Shown here: in pieces, positions 31,491 to 41,335 of the stretch
Position numbering within the stretch: the stretch's first letter is position 1
Layout of the letters: each line of letters starts with the position of its first letter
Assembly (NCBI GenBank): GCA_016840405.1
Contig: JAEOSK010000006.1
Span: forward strand, 1 to 64,000
Direction: 5' to 3'
DNA length: 64,000 nt
Origin: Candidatus Hermodarchaeum yapensis
Lineage (GTDB): Archaea > Asgardarchaeota > Hermodarchaeia > Hermodarchaeales > Hermodarchaeaceae
The notes under the pieces: model-generated
Databases searched by the model: none
Told to the model about the DNA's origin: nothing
Seen by the model: only the letters and a program-made list of their open reading frames with translations
Made by a program: the position numbers and the translations under genes

Positions 31491-32477
31491 ATGGCAAAGA
31501 AACATTGTCCGAATTGCGGTGGAGCACTGGATATCCATCCAACTGATGCAATCATTACCTGTTCATATTGCGGGACATCCTTCACACCTGATGGTACAAA
31601 AATGAAGGAACATTTTGCTCTCCAAGTTAATTACTCAGAGAGTGACGCACTGGACACACTCAAAGCCTATCTTGTCAAGGTGCCTGGCGTAGCTAATGAC
31701 CTCGCACAGCAAATTTCCTTGAAAGAGATCTCCATGACGTACTATCCATATTGGGTCTATACCGTGCAAGGTGACGTTTCCTATCGGGGCATCGATAAGA
31801 AGGCAAGTTTCCGTGGTCAGTCAGGAGGACGATATTCAAGCATTCACTGGGAGTGGGTTGCAGAATCGGGTCATCAAGAACAAACCCGACAAATTCGTCT
31901 CTATGCTGGCCCCAAGGTTCGAGGAGAAATTGTGAACTATCCTATCGCAACCCGATCTCGTCGTTACTTCAATTTCGAAGAAGCCAAACAACATACCGCC
32001 AACGTGCTATTTTCGAAAGTATCAGAGGAAGCAGCAAAACAACAAGCAATAGGAACTACAAAGAACATCATCTATTCACGGATTAACCGGGAAACGGAAC
32101 GAGTTGAAGAAGCCAAGGAGAACTTCGTTGTTACAGATCATGCCTACATACATGTACCCATCTACCACATTCAATTTACTGTGGGTGGAGGTAAAACATA
32201 CGAGGCTGCACTCGATGCTTCAAATGGCCGGGTAATCTACACAGAGATTCCGCGGACTACAGGGTTCAAACTGAAGGCTCTAGGCTCTGCAGCCTTTTGG
32301 TTTATACTCACAATAATTGGCGCGGCTGTTGCCTTCTTGTCATACCAAGGGATTCATCTGATATCAGGATTGGATCTCTTTTATCCAGCAATTGGCTTAA
32401 CGACAATTTCAGGCATCCTTGGAATACTCACGCTCTACTATGTTACCCGAGGAGTAACCGCGGAAAGAGCACGCTAG
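31491..32477 (+). CDS. Paralogous zinc-ribbon protein with C-terminal TM helices (YdjG-like)
   Basis: CPNC..CSYC, YYPYW, HVPIY, LDASNGRV, two TM helices. Confidence 0.75.
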   Translation: MAKKHCPNCGGALDIHPTDAIITCSYCGTSFTPDGTKMKEHFALQVNYSESDALDTLKAYLVKVPGVANDLAQQISLKEISMTYYPYWVYTVQGDVSYRGIDKKASFRGQSGGRYSSIHWEWVAESGHQEQTRQIRLYAGPKVRGEIVNYPIATRSRRYFNFEEAKQHTANVLFSKVSEEAAKQQAIGTTKNIIYSRINRETERVEEAKENFVVTDHAYIHVPIYHIQFTVGGGKTYEAALDASNGRVIYTEIPRTTGFKLKALGSAAFWFILTIIGAAVAFLSYQGIHLISGLDLFYPAIGLTTISGILGILTLYYVTRGVTAERAR

Positions 32478-32594
32478 ACTCTAGCCCTCCAAACCATTAC
32501 AGGTTCGATTCACTACACACTAATAGAGGATACTATCAACAAAGTGGTCCACAACGAGTCCCAGCAAGCGATTCAGTGAGACTAACAAGATTTT

Positions 32595-33885
32595 GTGAAC
32601 TACCCCGCCCTGAAGCTTGGGGCTTCCTGCTTCGACGCTTCAGCCAGTGCTGACAGCTCCACAGGCTCTTCCCGAGGTTCCCTCGGTGCCATGATGGATC
32701 GTAATCCTATCATCTTGATGTTTTGGGCAGCGTTAGAGTCCCGATCATGCTGCTTATGACACTTAGGACAGGTCCATTCTTTTTCTGAGAGAGTTAACGC
32801 GTTATACTTGAAGCCACAGGCTGAGCAGAGCTGGCTCGTTGCCTCGAACCGCCCTAACGTTATGAATGTCACGCCATACCACTCAGCCTTATATTTTAAC
32901 ATCCTGTGAAAGCTAGCCCACGCCGCGTCTGAGATATGTCGTGCTAGTCTACGGTTTCGGATTAAACCTTGTACATTCAGGCTCTCCATTATGATCGCTT
33001 GGTTCTCGCGTATCAGTCGTGTTGAGAGCTTCTGTTGAAAATCCACACGCTGGTTAGTGACGCGCTCATAGCATCGTGCAAGCCTCAGTCTAGCTTTCGT
33101 TCGATTTTTTGATCCCTTTTTCTTTCTACTCAGTCTTTTGTGAAGACACCGTAATCTCATGAGCGCGCACCGAAGGTGCCTGTGATTATCGATTTTCTCA
33201 CCACCCGACAAGGTGGCATATGTGGTGATACCGACATCAATTCCAATCGAACTCTTTGTAGTGACTCTTCTCTTCCTGGGAGGAGATTTTCCATCCTCGA
33301 CCACAATAGAGATGAAGATCTTGCCAGTGTTGGTTGAGACAACGGTGCACGTTTTTGGAATGCCCTCAAATCTTCGATGAAAGACGGTTTTTACTTGACC
33401 AATCTTTGGTAGTCGCACTCTTCGGGTATCAAAGTCGACTGTAAAGAATTGTGGGATATCAAAGGACTGTCTGTGTTGTTTTCTACTCTTGAATTTAGGA
33501 TATCCGTACCTTTTTTCATCGTGATTGGCGCGTTGAAAGAAATGTTTGAAAGCTAGGTGGAGCCGCTTGACTGCCTGTTGGAGGGACTGGGAATTGACAT
33601 GCTTAAGAAATGGATGGTCCTGTTTAAGTTGTATGAGGAGGTGGTTCAGGTCGTACCAGCTCAGACTCTTGCCGTCCTCATCATACACACGCATCTTTGT
33701 TTCTAGTGCCCAGTTATAAACGAACCGACAGGCATCCGTGTTTTTCCGAATTCGTTCGCGCTGAATCTTGTTTGGATACAAACGATACCTGTAGGTTCGC
33801 AGTATATGATTAGGTTTCTCAACGGGCTATTCGAAGATCTTGATTCACTCCCCACCAGAAAGAAGGGTTCTTCACGAGATTTTAT
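32595..33885 (-). mobile_element. IS200/IS605-family element (tnpB only)
   Basis: Minus-strand right end GAAGCCCCAAGCTTCAGGGCGGGGTAGTTCAC; left-end-like hairpin around 33845-33880. Left boundary approximate. Confidence 0.8.
32600..33805 (-). CDS. tnpB: RNA-guided endonuclease TnpB
   Basis: (I)LRTYRYRLYP, CRFVYNWAL, RuvC motifs GIDVG / MESL / DRDSNAA, zinc finger CSAC..CPKC. The expected start position is ATA rather than ATG. Confidence 0.9.
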   Translation of the reverse strand: MLRTYRYRLYPNKIQRERIRKNTDACRFVYNWALETKMRVYDEDGKSLSWYDLNHLLIQLKQDHPFLKHVNSQSLQQAVKRLHLAFKHFFQRANHDEKRYGYPKFKSRKQHRQSFDIPQFFTVDFDTRRVRLPKIGQVKTVFHRRFEGIPKTCTVVSTNTGKIFISIVVEDGKSPPRKRRVTTKSSIGIDVGITTYATLSGGEKIDNHRHLRCALMRLRCLHKRLSRKKKGSKNRTKARLRLARCYERVTNQRVDFQQKLSTRLIRENQAIIMESLNVQGLIRNRRLARHISDAAWASFHRMLKYKAEWYGVTFITLGRFEATSQLCSACGFKYNALTLSEKEWTCPKCHKQHDRDSNAAQNIKMIGLRSIMAPREPREEPVELSALAEASKQEAPSFRAG

Positions 33886-33959
33886 AAGCCCTTAGCACAA
33901 TGCCTAGATAGTGATTGTCGAGGTGACTCCCGTTGGGAGATGATGATAAACCCTCTATT

Positions 33960-34478
33960 ATGGAAAAAGTCGATGACGAACGCACCCTTACACAAAAAAT
34001 TATGAAATTGATCCCAGGATGGCGGGGATACCGGATTAAGGAAGAACGGCGCAACGCTGATCGAATCCTTCGTGACCAAATAGTTAACCGTCTTCGTAGC
34101 TGTCAAGATACCATTCAAGACATCCGAGTAGCTGTCGTTGATGCAGAAATTGAATATGCCTACCGTACTGTTGATTCTCTAATGAGTCGGACTGAAAAAA
34201 TCATCAGTCAAATTGAACATGCAGATTATGGATACAGACCCTTTTTCGATGCTATCAAAATTAAAGAAGATGACCTCATGAACATGCTCAGATTTGACAC
34301 ATGGTTCACTGAACAGGTTCAAGAGTTTGACCGGCGTTGTAGTGACACTCTAACGCTTGTTGAAGATGCACCTGATGAAGCCGTTGGACACATCAAAGAT
34401 CTTCGGAAAATGGTTTCAGAAATGAGCCGAAAGTGGAAAGATCGAGAGCAAGTGATAATGGGTGTTGAAGTAGTCTAA
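33960..34478 (+). CDS. Alpha-helical hypothetical protein
   Basis: IPGWRGY..KEERRNADRILR and HADYGY..FFD; charged helical composition; upstream of the SPFH gene. Confidence 0.75.
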   Translation: MEKVDDERTLTQKIMKLIPGWRGYRIKEERRNADRILRDQIVNRLRSCQDTIQDIRVAVVDAEIEYAYRTVDSLMSRTEKIISQIEHADYGYRPFFDAIKIKEDDLMNMLRFDTWFTEQVQEFDRRCSDTLTLVEDAPDEAVGHIKDLRKMVSEMSRKWKDREQVIMGVEVV

Positions 34479-34486
34479 ATGGATCT

Positions 34487-34520
34487 GGGTCCTTTTTTGG
34501 ACCCTGATTTTCTTTTCTTT
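34487..34520 (+). terminator. Hairpin plus T-rich tract
   Basis: GGGTCC-TTTTTT-GGACCC followed by TGATTTTCTTTTCTTT just after the stop codon. Confidence 0.55.
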
Positions 34521-34777
34521 ACTAACCAAAAACAACCAAGTTCCTTAAGCGGAAAATCGGTTGGGCCATTTGCTGATATCATGAATGGTGGCTATGGTTA
34601 ATCTTTATACGTCAGCGGGATTTCACAAGTGTGATTTCTTCGAAATATTGTGGTGTAAATTTTTTGCATTCGTTTAAAATTAATTTGAGTGATGTAGTAA
34701 AGTTGAAAAGGCTGGGCACGAAAGACACCTCAAACCTTCTATAACCCCCAACTGGATTTCCAGGGGGAGAAAGAATC

Positions 34778-35767
34778 ATGCCAGAGATTATTGAATGGAA
34801 GAAAATGCGTAAGGACGATATGGTCTATCGTTGGCCTAATGATCTCGTGAAATGGGGCAGTCAGTGTCTCGTTCGCGAAAACCAAGCAGCCGTCTTTTAT
34901 CGTGATGGAAAAGCCCTTGATGTAATGGGTGTTGGCCGTCACACACTCACCACAGCTAATGTACCTATTCTCACAGGAATTCTTCGAAGGATTGCCGGCT
35001 TTGACAAGTCACCCTTTACTGCTGAAGTCATCTTTATCAACATGACCAAATTCCAAGGGAAGTTTGGCGGTCGAGGGCAGACACGTGATTTAGCACCCCT
35101 CATGTTTCATGGAGAATTCTGGTACGAAATCGACGACGCTCAAATCTTCGTCAACGAAGTCGTAGCAGGAGAGAACTATACAACCCAAGACGCCACGACC
35201 TTTATTCGATCCAAATTCGTCGAATTGGCGATGGACGAATTGTCAGGTTATTCACTTCAAAATGCCATGACCAGGCTTGATGAGACCAGCATGAAGGCAA
35301 AGACTCGATTAGCTGATAAATTCGAAGAATACGGTTTGAAATTGTTAGACATGGCCTTTGCCGGCATGGATACTGAACCCGAATACCGTGAACGGCTCTT
35401 CTTCGCTGCTCAAGGTGTCACTGGTCAGCAGGTCCTCACCGCTGAGACAATGCGTCGAAGTGCCGAAGCCCTAGGTCAAGGTGGAGGAGCAGCCGCTGCC
35501 GGTTCAGGAATAGTGCTCATACCACAACTCGCCGATATGATGCGCCAGTCACAGAAACCACAAGATGCAGGGGTCACTGCTGTAATGTGTCCCTATTGTG
35601 GTGAAGCAGCTCCACTCCACAAGAACAAGGCGCCCAAGTTCTGTCCGAACTGTGGAAAGGTTCTCCGGAAACAAGTCGAAGCACAAGCGAAGGCGAAGAA
35701 GTTCTGTCCGAACTGTGGTGCCCCTGCAAAGGGTAAGTTCTGCGCTGAATGTGGCGAAAAGCTTTAG
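34778..35767 (+). CDS. SPFH-domain protein with C-terminal zinc ribbons (YdjI-like)
   Basis: GSQCLVRENQAAVFYRDGK..G.HTL.T.N.P, SPFTAEVIFIN; CPYC, FCPNCG x2, FCAECG. Confidence 0.88.
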   Translation: MPEIIEWKKMRKDDMVYRWPNDLVKWGSQCLVRENQAAVFYRDGKALDVMGVGRHTLTTANVPILTGILRRIAGFDKSPFTAEVIFINMTKFQGKFGGRGQTRDLAPLMFHGEFWYEIDDAQIFVNEVVAGENYTTQDATTFIRSKFVELAMDELSGYSLQNAMTRLDETSMKAKTRLADKFEEYGLKLLDMAFAGMDTEPEYRERLFFAAQGVTGQQVLTAETMRRSAEALGQGGGAAAAGSGIVLIPQLADMMRQSQKPQDAGVTAVMCPYCGEAAPLHKNKAPKFCPNCGKVLRKQVEAQAKAKKFCPNCGAPAKGKFCAECGEKL

Positions 35768-35776
35768 GTGGACACT

Positions 35777-35808
35777 GGGGCTTTCGCCCCTCCTTCTTTC
35801 TTTTTTCC
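35777..35808 (+). terminator. Hairpin plus pyrimidine tract
   Basis: GGGGC-TTTC-GCCCC followed by TCCTTCTTTCTTTTTT. Confidence 0.6.
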
Positions 35809-35855
35809 ATCAGTTGTAGTTTTTGCCAACTAGAATTATCTAGGTTGTAAGTTAT

Positions 35856-35875
35856 ACTTTTCAGCTTGTTTAAAT
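35856..35875 (+). promoter_or_regulatory. Conserved promoter with TTTAAAT TATA box
   Basis: ACTTTTCAGCTTGTTTAAAT; 18/20 identical to 38324-38343 upstream of the paralog. Confidence 0.6.
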
Positions 35876-35930
35876 ACAGCTAATCAGCTGGTAGTAATGA
35901 ACACGTGTTTCCTACTTAGTGGTCCCAATC

Positions 35931-37325
35931 ATGAAAGGATACGCTAAAAACCTATCATTTGCCCTCTTCGGATTTTTGCTACTCTTCCTTCTTGTTCCTG
36001 GTCAATCTCAGGCACTTCCTCCTCAATACTGGACACCAGGAATTGAACAACAATTCTTTGGTCACACCTTTGCGGAGCATATGTGGACCAACGATTCCAT
36101 CGTCTTCGAGTCGGAGAACAACGACACCGTTCAGTTCATAGCGAGCTACTTGAATTACGAAGATGCAGGAAAAAGCTTTCAGGCGATGCTCATCGCCTTG
36201 GGTGTTGTAGAAAACGAAAATGGCACCCAATCAACTCTTCCATACCAGCTTTTTGGTCTCCATTTCACGACCAAAGATAACAAGGATGTCTTCGCTGGAT
36301 CCTTGCTGGCCTTCCTCTTCGGGTTCAACGACACAGACCACAACGGTGTGCCAAGTCCCGGGGAAAACCGGTTCTTCATCATTCCATATGGTTTCAACGA
36401 AGGCAATTCTACAGCCCCTCTGAGCATCGAAGCGATTCCTGTAACGAAACTATCTGAAGACCACTACCAGTTTGGCATTCGTTATCAAAATCTGTATGGA
36501 CGACTGATTTCGGCCAACGATGCTGGGGAATTTTTACTAACTTTGCTCATGCCGTTATTTGAAATCACATTCAGTGAATTAACAGTAATCTATGATATTC
36601 AGATTGATCGTGAAACAGGAGAAATTACCACGGAGACATATTATACGATTGGACAGGTCACTGAATTTCTATTTCTAGGGACATCAGTTCCCAACTTTCA
36701 TGAAGCCTTAGGTGATATTGGAATTGGTGTCGCACATCTTGGCATCGTATTAACTCCGAGATACTACGTCCGTACAGCAGGTGGACTTCCAGTCAGTGGA
36801 ACCGACCAATCCTTAGCCAACATCACAACGGATTTGCGAGGACGACAACGAGCCTTTGCTCTGACAACACGAGGAACCTACGATGTCATCAATGAAACTA
36901 CTGATCCTGATACAACAATTCAATCGAATCTTCCCGCGTACAGTTGGATTCTCTCTCCAGAGCCAATTGACCTAATCCTAATGCTATGGCAATTACCAAT
37001 TTCAGCGACTATCTTCAGTATTTTTGCATATGCTATGAGTGATTATCTACAAAATCTCTTCAGTGGTCCACTCGATGTGTTGAATCATGCAGATACGATT
37101 TTCAATACGGCCGCCTTTTGGTTTGGCATCACATTTCCCGAATCCAATGGCTATCGTGTTGAACACGACCCTGTGTATACTGCATTTTCGAATATAGGAC
37201 AATTCGCCAGTCCCCTTGGGTTAGTTATCTTGGGATGCATCGCGTTAATCGCCCTCATCATTGTAGTTCTTCAAGTCATCCGAGCGAATGGGCGAACGAA
37301 AAACAACCACACCAATCAAAAATGA
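35931..37325 (+). CDS. Secreted, membrane-anchored surface protein (paralog 1)
   Basis: Signal peptide ending SQA-LPP; several NxS/T sequons; EHDPVYTA; C-terminal TM helix. Confidence 0.85.
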   Translation: MKGYAKNLSFALFGFLLLFLLVPGQSQALPPQYWTPGIEQQFFGHTFAEHMWTNDSIVFESENNDTVQFIASYLNYEDAGKSFQAMLIALGVVENENGTQSTLPYQLFGLHFTTKDNKDVFAGSLLAFLFGFNDTDHNGVPSPGENRFFIIPYGFNEGNSTAPLSIEAIPVTKLSEDHYQFGIRYQNLYGRLISANDAGEFLLTLLMPLFEITFSELTVIYDIQIDRETGEITTETYYTIGQVTEFLFLGTSVPNFHEALGDIGIGVAHLGIVLTPRYYVRTAGGLPVSGTDQSLANITTDLRGRQRAFALTTRGTYDVINETTDPDTTIQSNLPAYSWILSPEPIDLILMLWQLPISATIFSIFAYAMSDYLQNLFSGPLDVLNHADTIFNTAAFWFGITFPESNGYRVEHDPVYTAFSNIGQFASPLGLVILGCIALIALIIVVLQVIRANGRTKNNHTNQK

Positions 37326-37504
37326 ATCTAATTCTATGGAGTGCTCTCCAATGCGATTTCCCCGTCCTTTGTTTACCGAAACCCTCAACGACCCTCAGAT
37401 TTGTGACGATATGTATAAAGGCGTATCATCTTCAGGGAATATAGAACCAGGATAGTATCGGTAGCTAGCTACCAAATCATGATTTGACGGGGATGAGCTG
37501 ACCA

Positions 37505-38251
37505 ATGACAGACCTTGACGAATTCCTCACAGCCATTGGACATCCATTACGCCGTCAAATCCTCGAAACCGTTTATTCTCATCCCGATATCTCGTATTCA
37601 CAAATCCTAACTCGAGTAAATATTTCAAGTGGAAAACTGAATTTCCATTTACAGAAATTGGAACCTTTTCTAGCCCAAGTGGAAGGGCAATATCGCATTT
37701 CAAAAGAAGGATTGAAACTTTATCGCACGTGGCAACAGCTTGAAGGTCGATTAAGTGGTACTAAAACTCCAAAAAGTGAAAGACCAGGATTCTTCGCATT
37801 TCGTCGGACAATAGCGTTTTTCATTGATATTGCATTGATTCTGTCCCTTTTATTCATCGCAGCAGATGTATCTTCGCTAATTTTTGAACCCGCTTGGTGG
37901 CTCTGGAGTATACCAGTACCTGTTTTTTTAACGCGAATTATTGAGATGATGGTGTTATACCCTCCCGATTTGACTGTAGTGTTAATCCGAGCTTTTGTAC
38001 TAGCGATTTTGTGGATGTATTTTACAATTATGGAAGGGTATCGAGGGCAAACAATTGGTAAGATGATGCTTGGTGTTCAAATTATCCAAGTTGGTGGGGC
38101 TCGCATGATACCCCATGCTGCAGCCATTCGCGCCTTGACAAAAGTACTCATTCTTCCTTTTGATCTTCTTGTTGGTCTGATAAAATCGCGTAAAGCGGGT
38201 TTTCTCCGGTTCTTTGGCCAATATACTAGATCTTGGGTTATTCGAGCATAA
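37505..38251 (+). CDS. ArsR-like winged HTH fused to an RDD membrane domain
   Basis: AIGHPLRRQIL..SSGKLNFHLQKL; RRTIAFFID, EGYRGQTIGKMMLG. Confidence 0.85.
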   Translation: MTDLDEFLTAIGHPLRRQILETVYSHPDISYSQILTRVNISSGKLNFHLQKLEPFLAQVEGQYRISKEGLKLYRTWQQLEGRLSGTKTPKSERPGFFAFRRTIAFFIDIALILSLLFIAADVSSLIFEPAWWLWSIPVPVFLTRIIEMMVLYPPDLTVVLIRAFVLAILWMYFTIMEGYRGQTIGKMMLGVQIIQVGGARMIPHAAAIRALTKVLILPFDLLVGLIKSRKAGFLRFFGQYTRSWVIRA

Positions 38252-38301
38252 GTGGTCGAGGACTACTACACGAATTTTTTACCGATTTCTTAGTTAACCG
38301 C

Positions 38302-38343
38302 AGTTTTCTAGATAGAAAACTAAACTTATCAGCTTCTTTAAAT
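38302..38343 (+). promoter_or_regulatory. Inverted repeat adjacent to a conserved TATA promoter
   Basis: AGTTTTCTA-GA-TAGAAAACT (38302-38321), then ACTTATCAGCTTCTTTAAAT. Confidence 0.6.
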
Positions 38344-38408
38344 TCGCATTTTGAGAGGGAAAACTAACGAGCTTTATCAAACCCAAAGCGGTTTGGGTGA
38401 GCTAAAAA

Positions 38409-39794
38409 ATGAAACTAAAATGGAAAATTCTTCCCGCAGTGTTTCTAATGTTTGCATTCGTACTTCTCTCTCCAGCGACAACCCAAGCACTCCCCCCAGA
38501 AACTTATAATCCAGGCGATGAAGCAGCCATCTTTGACGGCCACACTTTCACTGAGGATTATTGGACCGTTGAGAAAACATTCACGGATGATGCAACTAAT
38601 GATAGTGCAGAGATCATCATGAGCTACGTCAATTATGGTGGAACGGGCGGATTTCATGCAGCCCTATTAGCTCTTGGTGATGTTTATGACTACTCAGAAG
38701 ACACCAACTCAACACTTCCTTACCAGTTGTTTGCGATGCACTTCACGACTCCGTCCGGTAAAGAAATCTTTGCTGGGGCAGTCTTTGCCTTCCTCTACGC
38801 TTTCAATGACAGTAACTTGAATTATGTTGTTGATGGCGCTGAAGAAAGATGGTTCCTTGTTCCCTTCGGTTGGAATGGTGGTAACCGCACAGCTGATCCT
38901 GTTGCTAGTGCCGTTGAAGTGACCAATCCTGAACCAGGACATTACCGATTTGGTGTGACTTACGAGAATCTGTACTGCCGAATCGTCATCCCCATCGAAA
39001 CGGGGCTTGTCGAATTCTTAGCTTCTCTCCATCTTCCACTCTTCGAAGTGCAAATCAGTGAACTGACTTTCACCTACGACATTGAAGTTGACACAGACAC
39101 GGGTGAGATTACCGCAGAAACCTTCTACACTATTGGTCAAGTCCAAGCATTTTATGCCTTGGGTCAGACCTTCAGTGACTTTGCGGAAATCAACGCAGCT
39201 CTCACAAACGTCACCGTGGGGGCCGCTCACTTTGTGACGGTCTTTGGCTCCAACTATTGGGTCGAAGAAGGAACAACCACTCCTATGCCAGCAGCGGATT
39301 GGATTACTGCCAACGTTACCACAGATCCTGCAGGCAATGAACGTGCATTTGCTGTAGGAGTTCGAGGTACATACGACCTCATCAACGAGACAGATTCCAC
39401 CACTGTTGAATCAGGTCTACCTGCTATCAGTTGGATCTTCTCGCCAGTACTTAGTGACCTCCTCTTTCTTGCCTGGCAACTACCAATTTCTGCGGACTTT
39501 CTCTCCGTCTTCGCTTATGCAGTAAGTCCTACCCTACAGCTGTTCTATGACGGCCCACGCGATGTCTACGACAATGCTAATACACTCTATGGAGCTCAAG
39601 CATTCTGGTACGCAATTGCCTTCCCACGTTTCGGCGGGTATCGAATCGAACACGACCCAGTGTACACCGCCTATTCAAACATTGGCCAAGCAGCACCGCC
39701 TGGTATCCCTGGATTTCCATGGGAAGCCGTAATTATCGGTGTGGTTGCCTGTTTAACAGCGGTCTTCCTCGTGCGTCGCCGTAAAAAAGCTTAA
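38409..39794 (+). CDS. Secreted surface protein (paralog 2) with IPGF-TM-basic C-terminal sorting signal
   Basis: Signal peptide TQA-LPP; shares GHTF, STLPYQLF.HFTT, ETFYTIGQV and EHDPVYTA with paralog 1; ends IPGFPWEAVIIG...VRRRKKA. Confidence 0.88.
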   Translation: MKLKWKILPAVFLMFAFVLLSPATTQALPPETYNPGDEAAIFDGHTFTEDYWTVEKTFTDDATNDSAEIIMSYVNYGGTGGFHAALLALGDVYDYSEDTNSTLPYQLFAMHFTTPSGKEIFAGAVFAFLYAFNDSNLNYVVDGAEERWFLVPFGWNGGNRTADPVASAVEVTNPEPGHYRFGVTYENLYCRIVIPIETGLVEFLASLHLPLFEVQISELTFTYDIEVDTDTGEITAETFYTIGQVQAFYALGQTFSDFAEINAALTNVTVGAAHFVTVFGSNYWVEEGTTTPMPAADWITANVTTDPAGNERAFAVGVRGTYDLINETDSTTVESGLPAISWIFSPVLSDLLFLAWQLPISADFLSVFAYAVSPTLQLFYDGPRDVYDNANTLYGAQAFWYAIAFPRFGGYRIEHDPVYTAYSNIGQAAPPGIPGFPWEAVIIGVVACLTAVFLVRRRKKA

Positions 39795-39822
39795 ACCACA
39801 TAGTGGTGATCCGGTTCCAAGC

Positions 39823-39870
39823 ATCCGTTCGTCCAGCGGGGTCGGGCGGATCTCTTCTCTTTTTTTCTTT
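39823..39870 (+). terminator. Hairpin plus T tract
   Basis: ATCCGTTCG...CGGGCGGAT followed by CTCTTCTCTTTTTTTCTTTT. Confidence 0.55.
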
Positions 39871-39952
39871 TGTTGAGTGCGAGAACTGTTGATTTTCAAT
39901 ATGATTGGTAATTCGGAACGAATTAAAAGTAGATAAAATTAACAGTGTTAAC

Positions 39953-40648
39953 ATGCCTGTTCGTGAAATTATCGAAATAGATGAAGAGCTGTGCAACGGC
40001 TGTGGGGAATGTATTCCCAATTGTGAAGAGGGGGCCCTGCAAATAGTCGACGGGAAGGCTCGATTAATTCGAGATGACTTATGCGACGGGCTAGGAGCTT
40101 GTTTAGGTCATTGCCCAACAGGAGCGCTCAAAATTATCCACCGTGAAGCACCAGATTTTGACCATGCAGCAGTTGAGGAACATTTGGGGAAAATGAAAAC
40201 CACCGACTGTGCCTCCTGTGACGTGGTTGTGGATGCTTCTGCAGCCGAAACAGCAACTCGGATAGAAGGAAAAGTTGTGCCTATTGGACAACGCCAATGG
40301 CCCATTGCATTGCGATTGGTGTCAATCAAAGCACCCTTCTTCAAAGATGCTAGTCTGTTGTTGACAGCCGATTGTGTACCCTTTGCGTACCCAGAGTTTC
40401 AACAGAAATATTTGCCTGGGAAAGTGTTAGTTTTTGGATGCCCGAAATTTGATGATGCTCAAGGATATGTAAATAAATTGACACAGATTTTTCAGCAGAA
40501 TGCGATTCAGAATGTAACTGTCGTGAAGATGGAAGTCCCGTGCTGTTCTGGGCTTCAGCGAATTGTGGAAATCGCCATTAATCAATCTGGAAAAAAGATC
40601 CCAGTCGAAAACGTTACGATTGGATTATCAGGTTCCGAAAAAGCCTAG
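39953..40648 (+). CDS. 2x[4Fe-4S] ferredoxin-domain protein with Cys-rich C-terminal domain
   Basis: CNGCGECIPNC, CDGLGACLGHCP, QWP, ADC, GCPKFD, MEVPCC. Confidence 0.88.
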   Translation: MPVREIIEIDEELCNGCGECIPNCEEGALQIVDGKARLIRDDLCDGLGACLGHCPTGALKIIHREAPDFDHAAVEEHLGKMKTTDCASCDVVVDASAAETATRIEGKVVPIGQRQWPIALRLVSIKAPFFKDASLLLTADCVPFAYPEFQQKYLPGKVLVFGCPKFDDAQGYVNKLTQIFQQNAIQNVTVVKMEVPCCSGLQRIVEIAINQSGKKIPVENVTIGLSGSEKA

Positions 40649-40671
40649 ATAACGAAAATTAGAATAGTCGA

Positions 40672-41172
40672 CTATTCTGATTCTGCTCGTGTGCGTCCGA
40701 GGTCATCTACTGCGTGTTGGATCTCACCATAGGGTGGTTCTACCAAGGGATTATTCGTTATCCATTTCCATCGAATGAACCCTTCTGGACTGATTACGAA
40801 TACTGCTCGTTTAGCTGCTGTGTAGTCTTTGAGTTTTCCTAATCCATCCTGGACGACATCATAGGCACGGACGACTACTCGGTTGTAGTCACTAAGGATT
40901 GGGAACATGAGCCGGTTTTGTTCCTTGAAGGCGCGATTAGTGAAAGGATCATTTACACTGATAGCTAGAATCTGTGCATTCATGGATTCGAAGTTGGCTA
41001 GGGAGTCTCTGAAATGACATAACTCTCGTGTGCAGACTTCAGTAAAAGCGCCTGGAAAGAATGCAAGGACAACAATTTGTCCTTTGAATTCTTTGAGTGT
41101 TCGTTGTTCGATGTCTGTATCATAGAGTTTGATTGGTGGGGCGGATTGACCAATTTGTAATCGTGAAGACAC
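40672..41172 (-). CDS. Peroxiredoxin (AhpC/TSA, BCP-like)
   Basis: FFPGAFTEVCTRELC (PxxxTxxC), ILSD, KRAVFVI. Confidence 0.9.
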   Translation of the reverse strand: MSSRLQIGQSAPPIKLYDTDIEQRTLKEFKGQIVVLAFFPGAFTEVCTRELCHFRDSLANFESMNAQILAISVNDPFTNRAFKEQNRLMFPILSDYNRVVVRAYDVVQDGLGKLKDYTAAKRAVFVISPEGFIRWKWITNNPLVEPPYGEIQHAVDDLGRTRAESE

Positions 41173-41335
41173 AAGTTTTCCTCCTAAACGGGATAATGCG
41201 CGTGTTTTGTCAAAAGCCTTTTCATAAGGAAACGGAAATACTCCACGGTCTTACTACGGGGTCTTTGCCTAAACGCTTTTGAACGGGCAACCCCGCATCT
41301 AGGCGTAGTCATTGGAGTTCTTGGAGGTAAATGGC

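Noticed and set aside
34479-34601. 40-codon ORF after the helical protein
   Set aside because: It coincides with a terminator-like hairpin and T tract and has no recognisable motif.
35636-35718. 20-bp direct repeat AAGTTCTGTCCGAACTGTGG
   Set aside because: It encodes the duplicated KFCPNCG zinc knuckle in the SPFH gene; two copies do not make an array.
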